From Actinomycetes bacterium (GTDB lineage: Bacteria; Actinomycetota; Acidimicrobiia; Acidimicrobiales; Bog-793), in assembly GCA_021798275.1 (NCBI GenBank), contig JAJZMK010000093.1, forward strand, positions 599-64,598: a DNA stretch of 64,000 nucleotides. Reading direction: 5' to 3'. Below the pieces are notes generated by a model. It saw only the letters and a list, made by a program, of their open reading frames with translations, was not told the DNA's origin and did not search any database. Below, piece after piece: positions 30,956 to 40,153 of this stretch (positions are counted from its first letter, which is position 1; each line of letters begins with the position of its first letter). The position numbers were made by a program, and so were the translations under genes.

Positions 30956-32698
30956 ATGTCTTACGAAAAGCATGCAAAGCGGGTTATTCTTTTGTGGAAT
31001 CACGGACAAAGTTCTAAGAGTTTAAAACCTTCCAAAGTATATGTGATAGCAATTGTACTGTTTTTTTGTCTGATGCAATTGTGGTCACTGGCCACTCCTC
31101 TTTTTGCCGGTCCGGATGAGCCGGTACAGATTATTAAGTCTTACGCCGTAGACCACGGACAGCTATTGGGGCAGTTGGATACTCAACCCGGTCAGCAAGA
31201 GTTCTCCATGGTTCATGTACCGGGATTTTATTCTGTCGACAGGGCAATACCTAAATGTTACGATCATCATAGTAATATTCCGGCTTCCTGTGCCCCTCCA
31301 CCTACCACGTCTTGTCATCATTTGCCGGGTAGCACGGCTCCACCATGTGGCGTAGCTTTTATCTATAATGCCAGGTATCCGCCTTTATACTATTTGGTGA
31401 TCGGTACCGTCGGTTTTATTTCACCCAGCCAAACGGTCATCTACTTAATGCGGGCTCTTTCGGCTTTGATAGCTTCAGCTTTGTTGGCTTTGGCCGTCAT
31501 GAGCTCATTATGCTATTGCTCACGACCCATTATCGCCACCGGCCTTGTAATTGCCATAACCCCGATGGTGATTTATTTGGGGGCGGTAGTAAACCCAGCC
31601 TCTTTGGAAATAGCGGCGGGGCTTGCCACTTGGACAACCGGTATTATCCTGGCAACGGACAATCAGGATATCTACCGGCGAAAACTGATTATATTCCTGA
31701 CAATATCTGCTTCGGTAATGGTGCTATCGCGTCCTATCTCGCCATTTTGGCTGTCTTTGATCGCTGTTTTCATAGTTATTCTTGCCGGGAAGGACAGACT
31801 TTCATCGCTCGTCGGCCGCCGCGATTTCCAAGTAATGATGGCTGTGGTGTTCTTTTTCTCTCTTGTGGCAACTATATGGATTCTAAAAGAGCATGCAACC
31901 GATGTTTTGTCTACTTCCAAAGTGCCTGCAAGTGTACCTATGATCAATATTCTGGAGCAGTCCTTTAGGCATAACATTTATTATATTCCCACCATGGTTG
32001 GTGTCTTTGGGACTTTTGATACTTATTCTCCGGCATTTACATACGTATTGTATTATGCAATGATCGTCCTCATCTTTTTGCTTTCATTTATCGCCGGGAG
32101 TAAAAAAGAGAAATTCTTATTGGTTGCCCTGGCCGTTTTGATAATACTGCTTCCCGTCGCTATCTCCTCTTCTCAGGCTCATCTTTACGGTTACACTTGG
32201 AACGGGAAAGATACCCTACCTTTTGCGGTGGGATTACCGATTTTGGCTGCTGCTGTGATTGTAAAGAAGATTTTTGCCGCAGATACACGGCCGGTTATGG
32301 TCGCAAATGAAGCCGTTGTGGTGTCGTCTGGTCTGTCATCTGCTTTATCGGCGCCAGACAAAGACAGGATAGATCATGAAACTTCCGGTGAGGGGAAAAG
32401 AAAAAGTATTACCCTAAGAAAACCCTTTGTAATCATTTTTGCCAATTTGCAAAAACTGTGGTTTTCCTTTCTCCTGATGGCTGCCCTGGGGCAATTTCTG
32501 TCTTTTTATGAAGCAATTCGTCGTTATAGTGTCGGGATAGCCGGCCCTGATTTTGCATTTCTATGGAAGGCCCCTTGGAACGCCCCTCTCGGTAATGCCA
32601 CTTTGGTGGGGCTTGATTTTATTTTGATGTGTATTTTTGTCATCCTCGGAAAGAAAGTTATTTCAGGCCAGATCATCGGCCAAGATAGTGTGAAGTAA
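30956..32698 (+). CDS. DUF2142-family membrane protein (GT-C glycosyltransferase-like)
   Basis: TPLFAGPDEP, YPPLYY, multiple TM helices and an extracellular Cys-containing loop. Confidence 0.75.
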   Translation: MSYEKHAKRVILLWNHGQSSKSLKPSKVYVIAIVLFFCLMQLWSLATPLFAGPDEPVQIIKSYAVDHGQLLGQLDTQPGQQEFSMVHVPGFYSVDRAIPKCYDHHSNIPASCAPPPTTSCHHLPGSTAPPCGVAFIYNARYPPLYYLVIGTVGFISPSQTVIYLMRALSALIASALLALAVMSSLCYCSRPIIATGLVIAITPMVIYLGAVVNPASLEIAAGLATWTTGIILATDNQDIYRRKLIIFLTISASVMVLSRPISPFWLSLIAVFIVILAGKDRLSSLVGRRDFQVMMAVVFFFSLVATIWILKEHATDVLSTSKVPASVPMINILEQSFRHNIYYIPTMVGVFGTFDTYSPAFTYVLYYAMIVLIFLLSFIAGSKKEKFLLVALAVLIILLPVAISSSQAHLYGYTWNGKDTLPFAVGLPILAAAVIVKKIFAADTRPVMVANEAVVVSSGLSSALSAPDKDRIDHETSGEGKRKSITLRKPFVIIFANLQKLWFSFLLMAALGQFLSFYEAIRRYSVGIAGPDFAFLWKAPWNAPLGNATLVGLDFILMCIFVILGKKVISGQIIGQDSVK

Positions 32699-32909
32699 AA
32701 ATATATTTTGGCTAAAGATATTTTTTCTGCTTTAAGACAAAAAGAGGCCTCCATTATGCAAGTCTTATAGGTGCCTTTAATAAATTTGTTTTCAGGTAGA
32801 CATTTATGAGATTAAAACAAATTTGCTTTGCAAAAACATCTTCGTTTTATGCAAAGCTTTTGTCCGGGAACGGTTTTGGCCTGGTTTATGCTGTGGTGCG
32901 GAGGAGCAG

Positions 32910-34034
32910 ATGATAGAAGTCGATATAGGGGTAGGTAAGCAAGCCAGAGTCGGTTATAATCTGCGGGATATAACCATCCTCCCTTCCAGAAGGACGCGAG
33001 ACATATCTGATGTGGATATATCATGGCAGTTGGAAGGATACAATTTTAATTTTCCTATAATAACGTCCCCTATGGATAGCTTGATGAGTCCGGATACCGC
33101 AGTTTGTTTTGGTAGCTTCGGTGGCCTTGGTGTTTTGGATTTGGAAGGTCTTTGGGTCAGGCATAAAAACTTAGCGGATATTTTTGAGCAAATATCTGTG
33201 ATGACACCGGATCAAGCAAGCGAGAAAATTAAACAATTATATTTAGAGCCGGTCAAAGAAGAATTGATCGTCGAAGCCATAGAAACAATAGCAGCCGCCA
33301 ATCAGGTGGCCTGCGGGGCGGTAAGCCCAAAGAATGTTGCCTCAATGACTAAAATTGCCGTAGATGCCGGTCTGGATATCTTATTTATTCACGGCCTCGT
33401 GGTCTCCGCCGAGCATTTATCATCATCAGCCAACCCACTAGATCTGTCAAGTTTCGTCAGGAAGTTGGATATTCCTGTCATCTTGGGGGGATGTGCTTCG
33501 TATCAAAGCGCCCTTCACCTGATGAGAACCGGGGCTTCGGCAGTATCGGTCGGTGTGGGACCAGGGTCTACCTCCCGGAGCGGTGATTACCTGGGCATTG
33601 ACATACCGCAAGCTACGGCTATAGCCGACGTCGTGGGGGCAAGGACAAGACATTTGGAGGAGACTGGCTTTTATGTGCAAGTCATAGCCGAAGGAGGCAT
33701 GAGAACAGGCGGTGACATTGCCAAAGCCATAGCTTGCGGTGCCGATGCCGTGATGTCGGGATCGCTTTTTTCAAGGGCCAAAGAGTCTCCTTGTAAGAAT
33801 TTCTATTTCGGAAGTTCTTTGCAACACGATGACATACCGCGAGGCGTTTTATCGGAGGTAAAAAACGATCTGAGCCTGCGGGAAATTATTTTTGGTCCGG
33901 TTGCAAGAAATGACGGCCGTTCCAATCTAACCGGCGTTCTCAAAAGGAGCATGGCGATGTGCGGTGCTCAGAATGTTAGAGAGCTACAAAAAGCGGAACT
34001 CGTTGTCAATATGAGCAAGCCGCCGACTTATTGA
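32910..34034 (+). CDS. GuaB3-family IMP dehydrogenase-related protein
   Basis: [33 protein letters not shown] and [19 protein letters not shown] 32910 follows GGAGGAG. Confidence 0.85.
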   Translation: MIEVDIGVGKQARVGYNLRDITILPSRRTRDISDVDISWQLEGYNFNFPIITSPMDSLMSPDTAVCFGSFGGLGVLDLEGLWVRHKNLADIFEQISVMTPDQASEKIKQLYLEPVKEELIVEAIETIAAANQVACGAVSPKNVASMTKIAVDAGLDILFIHGLVVSAEHLSSSANPLDLSSFVRKLDIPVILGGCASYQSALHLMRTGASAVSVGVGPGSTSRSGDYLGIDIPQATAIADVVGARTRHLEETGFYVQVIAEGGMRTGGDIAKAIACGADAVMSGSLFSRAKESPCKNFYFGSSLQHDDIPRGVLSEVKNDLSLREIIFGPVARNDGRSNLTGVLKRSMAMCGAQNVRELQKAELVVNMSKPPTY

Positions 34035-34047
34035 AGGTGAATCTGAT

Positions 34048-36666
34048 ATGGATCAAGAGAGCCCAGACCACACATTAGATCGACAAGACGTTGCCGGTCA
34101 ACTCGCCGCAAAGCAAAACGAAACTGACAGTGAGAATATCAAGACGCCAACCCAAAAGCCCGTGTCTAAGATAAAAGCTGCTTTTTCCTATCGGAAAAAA
34201 GATATTTTGGCTCTGTTCGTGATTCTGCTGGCCGCTCTTTTGTATTTGTCACCTTCCCTTAAAGATGGCTATAGTTTCGGACCTACTGACCTGGGAAGAA
34301 CCTTATCGGTATTGACGAATTTGCCGGCCTCATCGGGGACGTCGGTTCATAACGTTGTCAACGGGGATATCATCACCCAAGGTGTTGCCTGGAATACTTT
34401 GGACTGGAAACTGGTCCACTCGGGACATGTTCCGCTTTGGAACGATGAGTCGGGGACCGGATTGCCGCAATTGTTGAATTTTGAGTCGGCTCCTTTCGCT
34501 TTGCCGACATTGGTGGGCTATCTTTTCCCTCTTGATATTTCATTCTTGATTACGGTTCTGGTCAAACTACTGATTGCCGGCACGGGTGTTTACTTTTTGC
34601 TCCGCTTCCTAAAAACATCTCCGGCGGCTTCAACTTTTAGTGCCGTCAGTTTTATGCTATCCGGGGCTTTTACAGGATGGCTGGGCTGGTCTATAAGCGG
34701 CCCGCTTGCATTTGTCGGCTGGATTGTTCTTGCCGGGCTCATGTGTTACAGACAAAAAGAGCGTTATCGAGTCAAAGGGATCGCTCTTTTGGCTTTGGTA
34801 ACCGCTTTCTGCATTTATGGCGGTTTCCCCGAAGATTATGTCCTCATGGCGATTACCTTGATCGCTCTCTTTGTATTCGGCGGAATTGCTTTCTTGATTA
34901 AATACCGGAACATCGACATCAAAGGGGTATTTTTGATAGTCGGCGGACTTCTGGGTGGTTTCCTGCTCTCTGCTCCGCTGTTGTTGCCGGGTATCGGGGT
35001 GCTCAAATCTTCGGTGCGAAATGTTCAAGGGGCTGACATAGGACTTCCGTTGAAAGACGTAGCGCTGTTTTTTGCACAAGGTTATGACGGCTTTCCGACC
35101 ACCACGCACACTTTGATACACAGCAGCTATTTTGGCTCTTTGGATTATTTTGAGACGGCTTCCTACGTAGGAGTGTTGGCGATCGTCTTTGCTGTCTTGG
35201 CTGTATTTACTCTCTATAAAAGGCCTGCGGTAGTCGGGCTGATTGCATCGGGCATTGTAACTTTTTTGGTGGTCTTTGAGTTGGGAGCCTCGGCTCCCGT
35301 TCAGCACTTGATTTCTGATATGGGTCTCGGCGGTGTGGCTCTACAAAGAGCACTTTCACTCATTGACTTTATAATTGCCGTCTTGGCCGGGCTTGGACTG
35401 GACTTTTTCATCAAGAACACTCATAAAAAGCCGGTCCAAATTAAGTTCCTGGTGTCTCTTGGCGCGGTGGGCCTTATTTTGATCGCTCTGTGGGATAAAT
35501 CAAATGTCGGCCAAGCCGTTATAACTGGTACGCCTTTTAGTATTACTTCTTCCGAAGCTTCGGCAATCAGGCAGGCCTCTTTGCTATGGCCGACGTTCAT
35601 GCTGGTCATTTTGCTTCTCGGTGATATCTGGCTTTATATGGGTCATATGGATAACAAAGTAAAGGTAACAAAGCGGATAGCGGCCTTTTTGGCGTTCCTT
35701 ATAGTTGCCCAAGGCGGGTTTTTAATTTTTGCCGGAGTCGGCATCAATTCTTACGCCCCTACACCTTATCCGAAGACAGAGGCAATCAGCGATCTTGAGA
35801 GGTTGGTAGGCAACTCTCTTGTCGGTTTGGACGGGACAAATGAGAGCTGCGGTTCACATCCTACTCCCCCCTGTGGTCTTCGCCAATGGGAAGGTATAGG
35901 GCTTTATCCCAATATGAATCTTGGCTATGGTCTTGATGAATTGGCTATGCATGACCCGACTATCCCCAAAGCTTATTTTGACGCTTTCCCGGTGGCAAAC
36001 AATGACCAAAACGGCGGAGGCACCAACCTTTTTGCTCCCTCGATAGATTCGTCTGCTTTGGCCAGACTCTATGGTGTCCTCTATATCATCGTACAGCCAC
36101 CAAACCCTATCCCAAAAGGTATGAAATATGTCGCTTCTCTGCGACATAACGGCGTTACGCTAAAAGTTGCCGAAGTCGTAAATTCCGGACGTTTTGAGTT
36201 CGTCTATGGACAGCCCCCCGGTCAGTTACTGGATGTGGTCGGGGCAAAGCCGGCATCAGGTGGCGATCATTTGGCCAGGCCTTATAGGGTAAATGAGAAA
36301 AGAACAATATTCTATAGCGGTTCACATCCAAGCGACACCGTTTATAATTTATCGCTTACAGCTGCCAAAGCAGGTATCCTGTATGCGAAGATAACGGACA
36401 TATCGGGTTGGCATGCGACGGTGAATGGGCACAGTGTGGCCATTGATAAATCCCCAGGCGACTTGATGGAGATCAGATTGCCTAAGGGTAAAGATAATGT
36501 CACTTTCACTTATGCCCCGTCTTTATTAAATGCCGGTTACTGGCTGGCTTTAGTTGCGATAGTGATCTTAGCTGGACTATACATTCTGGAACAATCGGTC
36601 TATAGGCGTCAGAGTAAAGCCAAAAAAGTAAAAGCAGACTTGACCGGTGACGAGGTCAGGGCATAG
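34048..36666 (+). CDS. YfhO-family membrane glycosyltransferase-like protein
   Basis: GHVPLWN..SGTGLP, many TM helices, GWHATVNG and a C-terminal V.F.Y.P pattern followed by a TM helix. Confidence 0.75.
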   Translation: MDQESPDHTLDRQDVAGQLAAKQNETDSENIKTPTQKPVSKIKAAFSYRKKDILALFVILLAALLYLSPSLKDGYSFGPTDLGRTLSVLTNLPASSGTSVHNVVNGDIITQGVAWNTLDWKLVHSGHVPLWNDESGTGLPQLLNFESAPFALPTLVGYLFPLDISFLITVLVKLLIAGTGVYFLLRFLKTSPAASTFSAVSFMLSGAFTGWLGWSISGPLAFVGWIVLAGLMCYRQKERYRVKGIALLALVTAFCIYGGFPEDYVLMAITLIALFVFGGIAFLIKYRNIDIKGVFLIVGGLLGGFLLSAPLLLPGIGVLKSSVRNVQGADIGLPLKDVALFFAQGYDGFPTTTHTLIHSSYFGSLDYFETASYVGVLAIVFAVLAVFTLYKRPAVVGLIASGIVTFLVVFELGASAPVQHLISDMGLGGVALQRALSLIDFIIAVLAGLGLDFFIKNTHKKPVQIKFLVSLGAVGLILIALWDKSNVGQAVITGTPFSITSSEASAIRQASLLWPTFMLVILLLGDIWLYMGHMDNKVKVTKRIAAFLAFLIVAQGGFLIFAGVGINSYAPTPYPKTEAISDLERLVGNSLVGLDGTNESCGSHPTPPCGLRQWEGIGLYPNMNLGYGLDELAMHDPTIPKAYFDAFPVANNDQNGGGTNLFAPSIDSSALARLYGVLYIIVQPPNPIPKGMKYVASLRHNGVTLKVAEVVNSGRFEFVYGQPPGQLLDVVGAKPASGGDHLARPYRVNEKRTIFYSGSHPSDTVYNLSLTAAKAGILYAKITDISGWHATVNGHSVAIDKSPGDLMEIRLPKGKDNVTFTYAPSLLNAGYWLALVAIVILAGLYILEQSVYRRQSKAKKVKADLTGDEVRA

Positions 36667-36678
36667 GTGCGAAATAAA

Positions 36679-36975
36679 CTATCTGACCCGTTCCATCCTT
36701 CGTTCTTCTTCCGACGTTCCACCCCAGATACCTCTGATAGTGGGATCTGACAAGGCTTCTTGACGACACTGCTCTCTTACGGGGCACTTGGCACAGATAG
36801 ATTTGCCCTTTCTGGTAGGTTCTCCACATGCGGGAAAAAACAATTCTGTTCCCATTCCCTTGCAGGCCGCCTCATCCATCCATGAATAATCTTTCTTGAT
36901 ATATGGTCCGCTGCGCAAAGAGAGGTCTGAAATTATACGTTGACCGTGGACAATACGAATAGCATGAGATGCCAT
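36679..36975 (-). CDS. WhiB-family Fe-S transcriptional regulator
   Basis: W..EAAC..LFF..ICAKCPVREQC..GIWGG; AGGAGG ribosome-binding site. Confidence 0.92.
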   Translation of the reverse strand: MASHAIRIVHGQRIISDLSLRSGPYIKKDYSWMDEAACKGMGTELFFPACGEPTRKGKSICAKCPVREQCRQEALSDPTIRGIWGGTSEEERRMERVR

Positions 36976-37138
36976 TAGTCATAACCTCCTTAGTGTTACT
37001 ATAAAAATCTCATATTTCAAAAGTAATTTTTAGGGTATAAGGTCATATTTAAAAGACTATGCTGTAAATAATTGCATAAAAATAAAGGTAAATTTTGATT
37101 ACAAACCCGATAGATTACATGTAAAGGCCGGAATATAA

Positions 37139-37831
37139 ATGAGCAAACTTATACTATGGGACATAGATGGGACTTTACTTTCCATCGGCTATCTTGGCGC
37201 CGAAGTATTTGACAGGGCTTTTGTGGCAGCATTGGGGATCAAGCCTCCATCCAGAGTGAAGATGAGCGGCAAAACAGACCCCCAAATAGTAAGTGAATAC
37301 CTTGATATGCTGGGTTTTGACAAATCTGATTATCCAAAGACAATAGAAGCCGTTTTGGCCAGTCTTCAGCATGAATTAGCAATGGCAAGCGATGAAATCA
37401 AAGAAGCTGCTTCTCTGAAAGTAAACGCAAGAGAAATATTAGAATATTTTGCGGGAGAAGAAGAGATAATTCAGACTGTTTTAACGGGAAATATTATACA
37501 AAATGCAAAATTAAAGCTGGAGCTTTTTTCCTTACTTTCTTATTTCGACTTTGATTGCGGGGCTTTTGGTTCCGATGACATAGATAGGACTAAACTGGTG
37601 ACAGTTGCCGCAGAAAGAGTATATGCCAAACACAACATACGGCCGGAAGCAAAAAATACCTGGATTATAGGTGATTCTCCAAATGACTTTGCCTGTGCCA
37701 GAGCCTCCGGAATACGTTGCATCCTGGTGGCTACAGGCCGATTTGACTATGATGAACTTTCTCTTCTTGGAGCGGACTTGGTCTGTCATGACTTGTCCGA
37801 TCAAGAGATATCGGACTTTGTGACAGCTTAA
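37139..37831 (+). CDS. HAD-superfamily hydrolase
   Basis: LWDIDGTL, LTGN and IIGDSPND motifs. Confidence 0.9.
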   Translation: MSKLILWDIDGTLLSIGYLGAEVFDRAFVAALGIKPPSRVKMSGKTDPQIVSEYLDMLGFDKSDYPKTIEAVLASLQHELAMASDEIKEAASLKVNAREILEYFAGEEEIIQTVLTGNIIQNAKLKLELFSLLSYFDFDCGAFGSDDIDRTKLVTVAAERVYAKHNIRPEAKNTWIIGDSPNDFACARASGIRCILVATGRFDYDELSLLGADLVCHDLSDQEISDFVTA

Positions 37832-37989
37832 CCTATTCTATAATTGTAAGATTTAGCAAAGTGCTCGCGAAACATCGCTGTCAGGAAGACCTTGCTTAGC
37901 ACTAGTAAACTTTTATATGTAAATATTTTATCAAAATGTATAAAGTTTTAACATCTTATATGCTATATAATAACTTTATTACTGAACGT

Positions 37990-39636
37990 CTATGCTCCTA
38001 TGATAGTGTACTTTATATGATCAGCATCACTGTCTTTATGGATAGTTTTGCCTGTTATACCTAATAAATTGGACCTGTTACTTATTTTATTTTCGGCTTC
38101 GGATAAGCAATCCTTACCGATTTGCAGTAAGTAATCAATTACATCCTTGGCGTAATACTTTTTTCCAAACCTGGAAACCAGATCTTTTAAAAAGGAGAGA
38201 TCTTGACCTATCGTAACCACCGGTGGTTCACTATAGCCGTCTTTTCGGGATTGGCCGAGACCTATGGTGGCCATCAATCCATTGCATAGACAAACTTTGT
38301 TTTTAACCTCTTTTGGATCACCACCTTTTTGTATATAGTCCTCAATAGGCTCTGCCGGACAGCGATAGCGGATTTTCCCTTTTCTGTCGAGAAAAGGAGT
38401 CCGTAAGTAACCTACATCACAAATTCTGTCTCTTCGTTTGTAAATGCCTATGTCACTCAAGGTATTTTTTAGTCTGGCTATTTTAATAGGAAAGCCGGTC
38501 GGAGAGGCTTCAGGGTCGGCATGGATTGCCATGGCATCGGAAAGGTAGCTCTCGATAATGTCTTCTTTGATCTGGGGAAGGATTTCCGATTCCTGACTGA
38601 GAGCAAATGCAGATCCTACCTGAATTCCCGCTGCACCTTGGGAAATGGCCTCTTGTAAACTCTGGTGATTTGCCTTAGCGCCTGCCAGCCAGAAAGGAAG
38701 TTTGAGTTCCAGAAGTTGTGCTAAGTCGACCTCATCTCTTTGGCCGTAAATAGGCTGTCCCGATTCATCCAAATTCATTTTCCCGCGAGGTCTCGCACTG
38801 TGACCGCCGGCTGTGTGGCTTTCGATAATAAATCCATCCGGGCGTGTAGCCGGGTTCCGGAATAGAAAATTGGCCAGTGAACTTGAAGAGATAATCGCTA
38901 GAAAAACAGGCTTGGCCAATTGCGGAGTGTCGTGAAAAGAGAGTTGGGGATCGAGATATACCCTGGCTTCGTGACTTTCTTTTTGAGCCCTGCTCCCCGG
39001 GGATGCTGTTTCTCCGGAGGACGCGTCGGTGTGCATTTCCCCGGTTTTTTGATCATGCTCGCCACCGGCAATCTGCACCGTGATTTTACCGACTTTACCT
39101 TTGGAGAAATCTTCGATGAGTTGAGGTATCTCACTTGGAATACCGGCTCCCATCAATATGTAGTCGACTTTTGCCAACATGGCTCCATAGACGGCGGCGG
39201 GAGTGGTCATCTGTAGTTTTTCCATGTAATTGATGCCTATAAGACCGTCGTGACCCTCTTTGGCCAGAGTTACTTCGACGAAATTGGCCAAAACCGTTAA
39301 TTCGCTGCGCAAAGGGTCACAGTCCAGACTGGGACGCGGGACAAGTCGATATGGTGACGAGGTCTGATGTTCTCCGTTGTTTAGGTATCTTTTGAGAACG
39401 CGTTTAACTACATCTTTATAGGGGAATGCCTCCATGGCTCTCCGCAGCGTACCGTCTTGGTCTCCGTTTTGGAGACGCCTGGCCAGCAACGAATCAATGC
39501 CTACGCCGGAGACGACACCCAACTGACCATATTTTGATACTGCCCGGGCTAATTTCCACCCCGACACGCCTATTCCCATCCCGCCTTGAATTATGCGAGG
39601 AAGTTTAATTCTTGAATCCATATCCGTATGTAGCAT
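37990..39636 (-). CDS. Nitronate monooxygenase-family flavoprotein
   Basis: IIQGGMG, MGAGIP, AGGH, GIQVGSAF and a Cys-containing C-terminus (CDVGYL, CPAEP, CLCNGL). Confidence 0.85.
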   Translation of the reverse strand: MLHTDMDSRIKLPRIIQGGMGIGVSGWKLARAVSKYGQLGVVSGVGIDSLLARRLQNGDQDGTLRRAMEAFPYKDVVKRVLKRYLNNGEHQTSSPYRLVPRPSLDCDPLRSELTVLANFVEVTLAKEGHDGLIGINYMEKLQMTTPAAVYGAMLAKVDYILMGAGIPSEIPQLIEDFSKGKVGKITVQIAGGEHDQKTGEMHTDASSGETASPGSRAQKESHEARVYLDPQLSFHDTPQLAKPVFLAIISSSSLANFLFRNPATRPDGFIIESHTAGGHSARPRGKMNLDESGQPIYGQRDEVDLAQLLELKLPFWLAGAKANHQSLQEAISQGAAGIQVGSAFALSQESEILPQIKEDIIESYLSDAMAIHADPEASPTGFPIKIARLKNTLSDIGIYKRRDRICDVGYLRTPFLDRKGKIRYRCPAEPIEDYIQKGGDPKEVKNKVCLCNGLMATIGLGQSRKDGYSEPPVVTIGQDLSFLKDLVSRFGKKYYAKDVIDYLLQIGKDCLSEAENKISNRSNLLGITGKTIHKDSDADHIKYTIIGA

Positions 39637-40138
39637 TACTAAGGTCCTTATCCCTCGGTCACGTTATTTTGACAGCGAACGCGATTTCCCGTATGAGACA
39701 GCCGGCAGTTTTGCCAGACCAGGGTTGTCGTGTCGTAGCATCGTTATCATTATAATAAGTTTTTTACTGTACATATAGTCATTAACTTAATGTTAAAAGA
39801 TAATATTTTGACCGGCGCCCACCCCCCCCATTTGCTAGGAGCCGTATTTTACCTGTCTCATCTCAAGACGTGACCGAGCAACGGGCTTTGTTTTGGCTGT
39901 TGAAAGTATATTTTGCTAATCGCCAGTTGTTATATGGCTCTACTCGCTCTCTTCTGAAGATATAGAGCTGTATTTTAAGCCTTTATAAATGTTTACAAGG
40001 TTTCTCGGAGCATTTCTTGCGCTTATCTGGTGGCAGATTAAAATCGCTTCGGCATTGGCGATGAAACGTACAACCTGTTTATTACATATAAGCACCATTA
40101 TATTGTATGGATAATGCTTATTTATAAACGAGTCCGTT

Positions 40139-40153
40139 TGATAGGATTAATCG
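40139..40153 (+). promoter_or_regulatory. Extended -10 promoter, probable leaderless pcrA mRNA
   Basis: TG-A-TAGGAT ends 6 nt before the GTG start; no Shine-Dalgarno sequence. Confidence 0.5.

Noticed and set aside
39637..39760. Possible riboswitch upstream of the nitronate monooxygenase gene
   Set aside because: I could not match TPP, SAM-I/IV, ZTP, cobalamin or c-di-GMP consensus elements by eye.
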